A stretch of 64,000 nucleotides of DNA, taken from NCBI GenBank assembly GCA_044377675.1, contig JBILYP010000007.1, positions 32,670 through 96,669 on the forward strand, in the 5' to 3' direction. Both the position numbers and the translations under genes were made by a program. Shown piece after piece: positions 28,983 to 38,138 of this stretch (position 1 is its first letter; every line of letters begins with the position of its first letter). Source of the DNA: Crocinitomicaceae bacterium. GTDB lineage: Bacteria > Bacteroidota > Bacteroidia > Flavobacteriales_D > Crocinitomicaceae. A model generated the notes under the pieces. It did no database searches. It had not been told where the DNA came from and worked only from the letters and a program-made list of their open reading frames with translations.

Positions 28983-30764
28983 TTAGTTGGGTTGTGCATA
29001 TTTTCTTTTACGCAGGTAATAGATCAAAAACCCTAAAAGAATAATAATCGTTACGGGCAAGAGCATATTAATGAATCGCAACATATTCGCTTTCTTTTGA
29101 ACTTTTTTCTTGTCAATCGGACGAAGGTCTATTTGTTTACTTCGGATATCAATAATCGAGTTTTCACCCATCATATAATCCACTAGATTTTGAAGAAATT
29201 CTTGGTTTCCAAATATCAACGGAACGTTCATTTCAACCAATTTTGGATCATACTTTAGGTCATTAATTCCGATAGGACGATACATAAATTTCCCTTCCTT
29301 GGTTTGGGTTGAATCATATTGATTTTTTATCCATGAGCCATTTCCAATAAGAACTACTTTCCCTTCTTTCCTTGCCTTATCAATGAATTTTGCATCAGGA
29401 TTTTTGGCAAAATCATCCACAATTCTATTTTTAAAATGGGATTGGAATTTACCTTCAACCAGTCCAGCCAGGCATAGTTTATTGTTTTTATCTTCTGTGT
29501 TTTCAACTAGTTTAGGATTGTCTTTCATCAGACGAGGCATTTCTAGACTTATAATTGGTGCCATACCCTGAGAGTTTGAATTGGTGGAACTCGTTAAAAT
29601 AGGTGACGCTGCAATATCGGGTTGTTTAACAAATTCAATTCTACTCGCGTATTTCAGGAGTACTGGTTCAACATTTCTTGATGTTGGATGGTCTGTAGGA
29701 CTTGCCATTATGTAATAATACCAGGGAGCGAGGGCATTTTTTGCATAAGGGAATAACATTGGAGCACAATTGACATCAAGGACATAATCATCATGAAGTT
29801 TTAATCCATAATCATAGAGCATTTTATCTAATCCGGTGTTTACTCTACTGGAATAAGTAACTCCTTTTGCCTTTAATGAATCGGCATTGAAATCAAGTGC
29901 ATCAACAAAACACATGAGTTTACCCCCACGCATTACAAATTGATCAATAACATATAGATCTTTCATGCTAAACGCTTGTTTTGGCGCAGCAATAATCAAT
30001 CCGTCCAATTCATCCAGAGAAGCTATCGAATCATTGATACGAACATCTTTAATTTTGTAGTAAGGTTTTAAAAGTGATCGTGCGCGAATAGTCTGAGCAT
30101 AGCTAAGCTCGCCATGACCTTGTAAAAAACCAATTTTTGGTTTGGTTTTCTGAATCGACCTTCTAATGGAGCTAATAATGTTATATTCAAGATTATTGAT
30201 AGCTTGGTCAATTATTTCTGTTATTTCATTTAATGCCAAGGGCTTACCACTTTGTGATCCGGGTAAAAACTGAATGGTATTTACTGTTGTTCCACCATAA
30301 TCAATCGTTGCTCCTGGCCATAAAAGCAATTGATTTTGTGAACCATCTTTGATGTAGGAGAGATCCAGAGGTATAATTCCCTTTCCTTGGTCGTATAAGT
30401 TTTTAAAAAGTTCTTTTTTTTCTTCTTCGGTTCCTTTGTTCGGATCTATAAAAATATACTCAATTCGATCACCAACAATTGATTTGAATTCCTTTAAACG
30501 ATCTTCTAAAGTGGTTCTGAATAATCTAATTTCAGCCGGTAAATTTCCATCAAGGTATATTTTGATACTTAATCGATTTTCGAAATTATTTTTATTTTTT
30601 AGAAATTGAATTGTACCATCAGAAAGTGAATATCGTTGATCCGAAGTAGTATCAATTCTAAAGTATAAATAAGCTCCAAGAACATTTACCAAAATGAGTG
30701 CGCCTGCTAAAACCCCTAAAAAGGTCCAATTGTAAAAGCGATCTGTATATTTCTTTATATTCAT
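28983..30764 (-). CDS. gldG: gliding motility-associated ABC transporter substrate-binding/accessory protein GldG
   Basis: 593 aa with N- and C-terminal TM anchors around a large external domain. Immediately follows gldF (1-nt gap). Confidence 0.75.
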   Translation of the reverse strand: MNIKKYTDRFYNWTFLGVLAGALILVNVLGAYLYFRIDTTSDQRYSLSDGTIQFLKNKNNFENRLSIKIYLDGNLPAEIRLFRTTLEDRLKEFKSIVGDRIEYIFIDPNKGTEEEKKELFKNLYDQGKGIIPLDLSYIKDGSQNQLLLWPGATIDYGGTTVNTIQFLPGSQSGKPLALNEITEIIDQAINNLEYNIISSIRRSIQKTKPKIGFLQGHGELSYAQTIRARSLLKPYYKIKDVRINDSIASLDELDGLIIAAPKQAFSMKDLYVIDQFVMRGGKLMCFVDALDFNADSLKAKGVTYSSRVNTGLDKMLYDYGLKLHDDYVLDVNCAPMLFPYAKNALAPWYYYIMASPTDHPTSRNVEPVLLKYASRIEFVKQPDIAASPILTSSTNSNSQGMAPIISLEMPRLMKDNPKLVENTEDKNNKLCLAGLVEGKFQSHFKNRIVDDFAKNPDAKFIDKARKEGKVVLIGNGSWIKNQYDSTQTKEGKFMYRPIGINDLKYDPKLVEMNVPLIFGNQEFLQNLVDYMMGENSIIDIRSKQIDLRPIDKKKVQKKANMLRFINMLLPVTIIILLGFLIYYLRKRKYAQPN

Positions 30765-30765
30765 T

Positions 30766-31497
30766 TTATTTCCTGTAAGATTTTAAAACAGTCATTGCTG
30801 AAAAAAGGAAAAATCCGATTAAACTTATAAAATAGACTAAATCACTTGTATCTATAACCCCTTTTTTGATAGAATCATAATGTGTAGTCATCCCAAATGC
30901 GCGAACAATTGTATCAAATTTACCCATGAGATTGTAAGAGCCCAATAAATTAAATCCATCATAAAATAGCCAGCACAAAAACATCGATAGAATAAACGCC
31001 ACAATTTGACTAGAAGTAATTGAAGAAGCAAAAATACCAATGGAAATAAATGAAGCACCTAATAAAACAAGTCCAATATAAGACGTGATTGTGGCTCCCG
31101 TGTCAATAATTCCAACTGGATCACCTAAATAATACATGGTGAAATAATAAACCAATGTAGGTGCCAAAGCTATCAAAAGCAATGTGACGGACGCGGCATA
31201 TTTTGCAAGTAAAATCTGCAAATCAGATATTGGCCGAGTAAACAATAGTTCAATCGTACCTGTGCGTTTCTCCTCTGCGATCGACCGCATGGTTATTGCA
31301 GGAATTAAAATAAGGAAAATGATGGGCGAAAGATTAAAAAACGGGATCAAATCTGCTTCAACTCCTTCTAATAAATTCGTATTATAAGAGATTACCCAAT
31401 GAAATAATCCGGAAGCAATGAGGTAAATTAATATAAATACATATCCAATGATGGAGCTTAAAAAACTCTTTATTTCCTTTAGATAAAGTGCCAGCAT
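30766..31497 (-). CDS. gldF: gliding motility-associated ABC transporter permease GldF
   Basis: 243-aa ABC-2 type permease with 6 TM helices, paired with gldG. Confidence 0.75.
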   Translation of the reverse strand: MLALYLKEIKSFLSSIIGYVFILIYLIASGLFHWVISYNTNLLEGVEADLIPFFNLSPIIFLILIPAITMRSIAEEKRTGTIELLFTRPISDLQILLAKYAASVTLLLIALAPTLVYYFTMYYLGDPVGIIDTGATITSYIGLVLLGASFISIGIFASSITSSQIVAFILSMFLCWLFYDGFNLLGSYNLMGKFDTIVRAFGMTTHYDSIKKGVIDTSDLVYFISLIGFFLFSAMTVLKSYRK

Positions 31498-31633
31498 AGG
31501 GTATAAAATTAAAACTCAAAGTTAATATTTAGTAATGACATAAGATCATTATTAATTATGACTTCGGTGAAGTTTTAAACGAAGAATTTAACAATTCGAG
31601 GTGTACATGAAATCTTACGTGCGAGCTTTCTGT

Positions 31634-32617
31634 TTAAAAGGCTGGTTTTTCAGGTGAATTTTGCAAGATAGCATCGATTTTACCCATAATTTCTGTAGTT
31701 AAACTATCTTTTGCATCAATCGCTTTCAAGTTTTCTACCAATTGTTTTTCTTTACTTGCACCTAAAATAACCGTACTCACATGTGGGTTTTTTAAACACC
31801 AAGCTAAACTCATTACAGGTAAATTAAGATTCAATTCTTCAGCCAATTCTGTTAGTTTTTTAACTTTTTCAATACGCTCAACGGTAAAATTCTTTTCTTT
31901 TAACCAATCCAATCCCTCCATGCCCAACCGTGTGTTTTTGGGAAACGAATCATTGTATTTACCGGATAAAATTCCACTCGCTAAAGGAGACCATATCGTT
32001 GTTCCAAGGCCAACAGTTTCATACATTTTTGCAAATTCAACTTCAATTTTATCTCTACAAAACATGTTGTATTCGGGTTGTTCAACAATGGGGCCGATTA
32101 AATGATTGTTTTTTGCAACCATGTGTGCTTCCATGATTTCTTGTGCGCTCCATTCGGAAGTACCCCAATAAAGAATCTTTCCTTGCAATACTAACTGATG
32201 CATCGCCCAAACAGTTTCTTCGATAGGTGTTTGTTTATCTGGTCTGTGACAAAGAAATAAATCCAGGTAATCCAGCTGGAAACGCTCTAATGCTTGGTTA
32301 CAACCTTCAATTATATGTTTTCGACTAAGTCCTTTTTGGGTTGGTAACTGACCACCAGTGCCAAAAAAAACTTTGCTACTAACTAAAAAAGTATCCCTCG
32401 ACCAATTTTTCTTTTTTAATATTGATCCCATCACAATTTCGCTCTGACCGCGAGCATAGATCTCTGCATTGTCAAAAAAGTTAATTCCATTGTCGTATGC
32501 AATGTCCATTAATTTTTCTGCCACATCATCTCCAATTTGCTTACCAAATGTCAGCCAAGACCCTAACGATAATCTACTTATTTGCAATCCGGATTTCCCC
32601 AAGTTGTTGTATTCCAT
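31634..32617 (-). CDS. aldo/keto reductase, Kv-channel beta-subunit-like
   Basis: YNNLGKSGLQISRLSLGSW...FFDNAEIYARGQSE and further AKR motifs. Trimmed to MEYNNLGKSG, 5 nt after the upstream stop. Confidence 0.85.
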   Translation of the reverse strand: MEYNNLGKSGLQISRLSLGSWLTFGKQIGDDVAEKLMDIAYDNGINFFDNAEIYARGQSEIVMGSILKKKNWSRDTFLVSSKVFFGTGGQLPTQKGLSRKHIIEGCNQALERFQLDYLDLFLCHRPDKQTPIEETVWAMHQLVLQGKILYWGTSEWSAQEIMEAHMVAKNNHLIGPIVEQPEYNMFCRDKIEVEFAKMYETVGLGTTIWSPLASGILSGKYNDSFPKNTRLGMEGLDWLKEKNFTVERIEKVKKLTELAEELNLNLPVMSLAWCLKNPHVSTVILGASKEKQLVENLKAIDAKDSLTTEIMGKIDAILQNSPEKPAF

Positions 32618-32622
32618 GTTCT

Positions 32623-34032
32623 TTATTTTAATGTTGTAGGACAAACAAAATTTGTTCGTGCAATGTTCGTTTTTGCAATCGCTGAGTAGCCTCCAATGAC
32701 ATCTTTTACTTCACTAAAACCACGAGATTTTAAAATAGATGCGGCAATAATACTTCTGTAACCACCAGCACAATGAAGGATAAACGGTTCATTTTTTGGA
32801 AATAAGTTCATTTTTTCGTTGATAAAATCCAATGGAATACTCGGTACATTTTCAACGTGCTCCGCTTCGTATTCGCCCGGTTTACGTACATCGAAAACAA
32901 GTGAATCTTTTGCTAATTCTTTTTCTAGCTCCTCCGCCGTAATTCGCTCAATGATATCTAAATTTTTACCGTCTTTTTTCCATGTTTCAATTCCTCCTTC
33001 CAAATAGCCAATCACATTGTCGTATCCAACCCGAGATAATCGCTTGATTGTTTCTTCTGTTTTATCTAAATCTGTAATTAAAACAATTTTTTGTTTGATA
33101 TCGGGAATTAATGCGCCAACCCACGGGGCAAATTGACCCTCTAAACCGATACTTACACTACCAGGAATAAACCCCGTTGCAAAATCAGAAGCGGTTCGCG
33201 TATCGAGAATTAGTATTTCTGGTTCGTTCATAATTGACTCAAAATCAGCAATGGACAACGGTTTCATTCCTCTTTCAAGTACGGCATTGTATGAATCATA
33301 CCCGGATTTATTCAATGCTACGTTCATACCAAAATAGGCAGGGGGTGGCAGGAGTCCATCTGTCACTTCCTGTATAAAATCACTTTCAGTCATTTCTTCT
33401 CGTAAGGCATAATTCGTGCGCTTTTGATTTCCAAGCGTATCAGTTGTTTCTTTTGACATGTTTTTCCCGCAGGCACTTCCTGCTCCATGTGCTGGATAAA
33501 CAATAACATCGTCAGGTAATGTCATGATTTTTGAACGCAAGGATTGATACAGAAGCCCGGCCAATGCTTCTTGGGTCATCGATGCTGCTTTTTGCGCTAA
33601 ATCGGGTCTTCCAACATCTCCGATAAACAAGGTGTCACCCGAAAAAAGGGCGTATTCTTTACCGTTTTCATCGAATAATAAAAAACAGCTAGACTCCATA
33701 GTATGACCCGGAGTATGTAACACTTTGATGGATATTTTACCAACTTTCAATACTTCCCCATCACCGGCTATGTGCACAGGATATGATGGATCGGCATTTG
33801 GCCCATAAACAATAGTTGCACCAGTTTGCTTTGATAAATCAAGGTGGCCACTCACAAAATCAGCGTGAAAATGTGTTTCCAAAATGTATTTTATACGAAC
33901 ATTATCTTGCTTCGCTCTATCAATATAGGGTTGGGTTTCTCTCAAAGGGTCGATGATTACTGCCTCATTTTCTGAGACGATATAATAGGCACCTTGTGCC
34001 AAACAACCTGTATAGATTTGTTCTATTTTCAT
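32623..34032 (-). CDS. MBL-fold persulfide-dioxygenase-like protein fused to two rhodanese domains (CstB-like architecture)
   Basis: HFHADFVSGH metal motif at the N-terminus. The middle rhodanese-like domain has no active-site Cys. The C-terminal rhodanese carries HCAGGYRS. Confidence 0.8.
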   Translation of the reverse strand: MKIEQIYTGCLAQGAYYIVSENEAVIIDPLRETQPYIDRAKQDNVRIKYILETHFHADFVSGHLDLSKQTGATIVYGPNADPSYPVHIAGDGEVLKVGKISIKVLHTPGHTMESSCFLLFDENGKEYALFSGDTLFIGDVGRPDLAQKAASMTQEALAGLLYQSLRSKIMTLPDDVIVYPAHGAGSACGKNMSKETTDTLGNQKRTNYALREEMTESDFIQEVTDGLLPPPAYFGMNVALNKSGYDSYNAVLERGMKPLSIADFESIMNEPEILILDTRTASDFATGFIPGSVSIGLEGQFAPWVGALIPDIKQKIVLITDLDKTEETIKRLSRVGYDNVIGYLEGGIETWKKDGKNLDIIERITAEELEKELAKDSLVFDVRKPGEYEAEHVENVPSIPLDFINEKMNLFPKNEPFILHCAGGYRSIIAASILKSRGFSEVKDVIGGYSAIAKTNIARTNFVCPTTLK

Positions 34033-34057
34033 GTAGTTTCTTTATTCAAATAATTAG

Positions 34058-35074
34058 TTAATTCCATTTTTGTTGATTTAACGCTGAAAACACGTTTACT
34101 CGTTGGATAAAATTAACCCATAAAATACTTCCAAGATATATACCTTGTGGCTTTTTTTTGTATTTTTTTAGTGCTCTGCGTTTTTGATACATTTTTGAAA
34201 AGTTGGCATAAATTGCCACATGAGCCAAAAAAACAACCCAAAAAAACTTCCATTTCCCTTCTACTAAAAATTTTAGTGCTGCAATGCCATCTAGAGCCAT
34301 TCTTCGAAATAATTTGGGAAGTAAAAAGCCTGCATGATTTTTTATGAGCATGAATAAATTATTCCGGAAATTCAAGTATAATTTAGTAGGGGATTCATAA
34401 TCCATAGTTCCTCCGCCTAAATGATAAACCGTGGATTGAGGAATAACTTTAAACTGCAATCCATATCGTTGAATTCGCCAGCATAAATCAATTTCTTCCA
34501 TGTGAGCAAAGAAGTCTGCGTCAAAACCGTTCATCTCTTTGAATACAGTATTTCTAATCATGAATGCTGCGCCAGATATCCAAAAAACATTCATTTCACT
34601 TTCGTATTGTCCGGAATCAACTTCAACTTTATTGAATATTCGGCCTCGACAAAAAGGAAAATAATCGATGTCCAAAAAACCCCCACAAGCACCGGCATGT
34701 TCAAACACACTTGGATTTTGATAGGATTTAATTTTGGGCTGACAACCAGCGATCATATTGTTTTTCATCGCTATAATTAGCGGATCAAGCCAGTTTTCTG
34801 TGACTTCAACGTCGCTATTAAGAAGAACAACCAAATCTTCTGTAATTGAGGCCATTCCTTGGTTATAGCCACCTGCAAAACCGAAATTTATTTCATTAGT
34901 AATGATTTCAATATTAGGATAATTTGTTTCAATAAAGGAAACGGAATCATCAGAAGAAGCATTATCAATTACATAAATTTTTGCGGGATTTGAATTTTTT
35001 ACAACAGATGGAAGGAATTGAGCTAAATGATTTTTTCCATTGAAATTCAAAATAGCAATAGCAACTGTTTCCAT
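34058..35074 (-). CDS. family 2 glycosyltransferase
   Basis: VAIAILNFNG...VIDNASSDDS...NFGFAGGYN and a DxD-like region. Trimmed to METVAIAI, 1 nt after the upstream stop. Confidence 0.85.
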   Translation of the reverse strand: METVAIAILNFNGKNHLAQFLPSVVKNSNPAKIYVIDNASSDDSVSFIETNYPNIEIITNEINFGFAGGYNQGMASITEDLVVLLNSDVEVTENWLDPLIIAMKNNMIAGCQPKIKSYQNPSVFEHAGACGGFLDIDYFPFCRGRIFNKVEVDSGQYESEMNVFWISGAAFMIRNTVFKEMNGFDADFFAHMEEIDLCWRIQRYGLQFKVIPQSTVYHLGGGTMDYESPTKLYLNFRNNLFMLIKNHAGFLLPKLFRRMALDGIAALKFLVEGKWKFFWVVFLAHVAIYANFSKMYQKRRALKKYKKKPQGIYLGSILWVNFIQRVNVFSALNQQKWN

Positions 35075-35075
35075 A

Positions 35076-36521
35076 CTAGTATTGCCTGAATAAGTCGTTG
35101 CTATTTCCTCCAAAATGTTCTTGGTTGAATTGATTCGGGTTATCTACAGATCCATTTACGGTATTTCGCTTGGATAAAATCGCCTGCCAACCTTGATTCT
35201 TTGTTTCTCCAATCATATCAGAATGAAGCAAGCGATAGGTGTTGTTTACTAAATCAGGATTATAGAAAATAAAACGCTTATTACTGAACATTCCAATTTT
35301 ATTATATTGCCAAATTTCATAGGGATATTCGGAAGGAGATGTTTCTTTTTGAACAACCGTTGTGGGCGAGCCATATTTTAAATAGACTCTTCCTCGGTCT
35401 GTTTCGTAACCATCTTGAAAGTTATTGGAATAAAGTCGTTGTACATAGTGTACCTGTTGCTTGTAAGCCATCCAAGCTTCATATGGTTTTGCTTGATTTG
35501 TTCTAATCCAATAGGCTTGAATGTGTTTTCTGGATTGTGAATTATCTTTTAATTTAAGGGTCGAAATAATATTTAATATCTCTGTTTGTTGAGAAATTGG
35601 TATTAAACTCTCTAAAAAATAGGAAACACTATCTTCTGTAATAGATTGCTGAAATGCAGGATCCAAAACGAGATTATCCATAGAAATATTGATTTCTAAA
35701 TCATTACTTCTTTCAAAAATGTATGATTGTCGTGCCTTTTCATTTTTTGATCGATCTAGTATCGAATAAACGAGCTCATATTTTCCAGTGGGTAGATTGG
35801 CGATATCAATTCCTCTAATAATTGGAACAATAGGGGATGTATTGTGTTTTGTAAATGTTTCGAATTCAATAAGCCCAGTTGTCGAACCTTCTTGAATAAT
35901 CTCTTGCTTCAGTACAAATTGAGAATCTGCGATCAAGTGAGAATTATATATTTCAAAATAAACAGGAAGGGTAGATAATTGACTGGGAAAAAAAGAAGAT
36001 AAACGAGGTAAGATATAATAACCAGATTTGGTGAAATTGGATTGTTCTTCTGTTCTTTTTGCGTATTCTGCTATCTCCAGGTCTGAAAAGGCAATTTTAC
36101 CACCCAAATTTTTACACGTTATTTCACTTTCAGCTTTTATGGCCTTTGACGTTGGATTTAATACATCTGTTAATTCTACTGTTAAATTGTGTTTTCCTGT
36201 AGGAAGTGCAAATCGAATGACGTCATAGAAATCTTCAATAATACTATCTTTCATCAATGGTGATTCTAGAATATAGACATCTGAAAAGTGAACTGAATCT
36301 TTCTGACTAACTGAAATACGCACTGCAATTTTTCCTTGTAATCCGCCTGATTTTCCTTCGTATTTTACCGATCGTGCAACAAATTGCAGATATATTTCGG
36401 CGTAATCTCCTACTTGATCATTATAAAATTGCTTGGTATCAAGGTACGCTTTGAGTTGGCCAAAACTATATTTCGATAGAAAAATAGTCGATAATACAAA
36501 AAGAATTACAGCTGCTTTCAT
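35076..36521 (-). CDS. GWxTD domain-containing secreted protein
   Basis: Signal peptide. C-terminal motif DGYETDRGRVYLKYGSP...YPYEIWQY matches the GWxTD domain pattern, with Y in place of W. Confidence 0.65.
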   Translation of the reverse strand: MKAAVILFVLSTIFLSKYSFGQLKAYLDTKQFYNDQVGDYAEIYLQFVARSVKYEGKSGGLQGKIAVRISVSQKDSVHFSDVYILESPLMKDSIIEDFYDVIRFALPTGKHNLTVELTDVLNPTSKAIKAESEITCKNLGGKIAFSDLEIAEYAKRTEEQSNFTKSGYYILPRLSSFFPSQLSTLPVYFEIYNSHLIADSQFVLKQEIIQEGSTTGLIEFETFTKHNTSPIVPIIRGIDIANLPTGKYELVYSILDRSKNEKARQSYIFERSNDLEINISMDNLVLDPAFQQSITEDSVSYFLESLIPISQQTEILNIISTLKLKDNSQSRKHIQAYWIRTNQAKPYEAWMAYKQQVHYVQRLYSNNFQDGYETDRGRVYLKYGSPTTVVQKETSPSEYPYEIWQYNKIGMFSNKRFIFYNPDLVNNTYRLLHSDMIGETKNQGWQAILSKRNTVNGSVDNPNQFNQEHFGGNSNDLFRQY

Positions 36522-36542
36522 TGGATAAATTTAGCTATTTTT

Positions 36543-38054
36543 TCATTCAGAATCTAAATCAATTCGTAGTTTTTGAATGAGTTGTCTGTTGTACGTTTCA
36601 ATTAAGTATTTCAAATAGTTGGGAGTGCATTTCGAAATACATTTCGTGTAATGCTTCAATCGATGTTCAATATGATCTTGTAATAATTGAATGAGTTTGA
36701 TGGCTTCTTCCAAATCTGATGTCGCCTCCATAATTACCTCAGCATGATTTTGCATGGATTCTTCTATTGAAACCCTTCCTTTTAGACCGTTATCCATTGC
36801 GTAATAGTAAGCATCTGCAATACTAAACGATAATAATTTCTCGGTGTTTAATATTTCCGAAAAATGCCTCGGAAATTCATATTCAATTTCAAATTGAATG
36901 TCCTCTAATTCAGAAACTCGGGATTCAAGGAATTTCTCTGGAAAACGAAAAGCATCTTGCCAATTGATGTAATCTTGCCAGTGACCAAAACGCCTCACGT
37001 TGTTTCCTAAATCAATTATTTTGAATTCGTTTTTACTTGGAAGTCTTCGAGATCCCCTTCCAATCATTTGATGATAAAGAGTTAACGAGCGAGTGGCTCT
37101 GTTTAGAATAATGGTCTCAACAGTTGGTTCATCAAAACCAGTAGTTAATATCCCAACAGAAGTAAGTATTGCATCAGGGGTTTCTTTAAACCAACGCACA
37201 ATGTCTTTACGGTCTTTATCGCTGTAAGTAGAATCTAAATGCCGAATATTATGTTTCAGTTTTTTAAATGACTCTTCAACTCTTCTTGATGTTTCTATTC
37301 CAGCATTAAAAATCAAAACCTTTTGTCCTCGTGCAATTTCTTCGTAAGCAAAAATTAATTTTTCTTGCATAAAATGATTTCCATACACAATATCCATACT
37401 GTTTACGGTGAAATCTCCATGAGTTCCTATTTTTAAACCATGTAGATTTACATCATAAGTATAGGTTTTACCATCTGATAAATATCCTTTTTCAATCAAT
37501 CCTGCTATACTTTCTCCCACAACAAGCTTATTGTAGTTATCTCGAAGTGGTAACGCTTTATTGCTGCTTAGCGGTGTTGCTGTTACTCCCAAAATATTAC
37601 AATTATCAAAGAATTGAAATAATTTTCTGAAACTATTGTAATGTGCTTCATCGACGATTACTAGTCCAATATCTTGCAGAAATTGATTGTCTTCATTTAA
37701 TCTATTGTGCAAGGTTTCCACCATGGCAATAAAACAGGAATACTCCGCTTGATCTGGAATTGTTTTAACCTCAGAATTAATAATCTTACTTCTAACTCCA
37801 CGTGCATCTAGTTGCTTCGATGTTTGTATCGATAATTCGATGCGATGCGTTAAAACAAGGACTTTTTTCTTCCACTCCGAAATATATTTTCGAGTAAGTT
37901 CTGAGAAAATCACTGTTTTACCACCACCGGTCGGTAATTGATAGAGTAAGTTAAATTGGTTACCGTTTTTTCGGAGTTCATCTAATATAGAGACAACCGT
38001 ATCTACTTGGAATGGGTATAATTCCTTCGCCTCGTATAAATCTAAATCTATCAT
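36543..38054 (-). CDS. superfamily 2 DEAD/DEAH-box helicase (ResIII-type N-domain)
   Basis: Motif I PTGGGKT, motif II VIVDEAHY, motif III VTATP and motif VI QMIGRGSR. The C-terminal helical region of about 130 aa has no recognisable motif. Confidence 0.8.
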   Translation of the reverse strand: MIDLDLYEAKELYPFQVDTVVSILDELRKNGNQFNLLYQLPTGGGKTVIFSELTRKYISEWKKKVLVLTHRIELSIQTSKQLDARGVRSKIINSEVKTIPDQAEYSCFIAMVETLHNRLNEDNQFLQDIGLVIVDEAHYNSFRKLFQFFDNCNILGVTATPLSSNKALPLRDNYNKLVVGESIAGLIEKGYLSDGKTYTYDVNLHGLKIGTHGDFTVNSMDIVYGNHFMQEKLIFAYEEIARGQKVLIFNAGIETSRRVEESFKKLKHNIRHLDSTYSDKDRKDIVRWFKETPDAILTSVGILTTGFDEPTVETIILNRATRSLTLYHQMIGRGSRRLPSKNEFKIIDLGNNVRRFGHWQDYINWQDAFRFPEKFLESRVSELEDIQFEIEYEFPRHFSEILNTEKLLSFSIADAYYYAMDNGLKGRVSIEESMQNHAEVIMEATSDLEEAIKLIQLLQDHIEHRLKHYTKCISKCTPNYLKYLIETYNRQLIQKLRIDLDSE

Positions 38055-38138
38055 TCCTTTGCCTCAAAATTTGGACGTCTAAGGTACGGGCTTTAATTGA
38101 AACAAGCATTAGAAAATGAAAATGTTCTGTTAATATTC

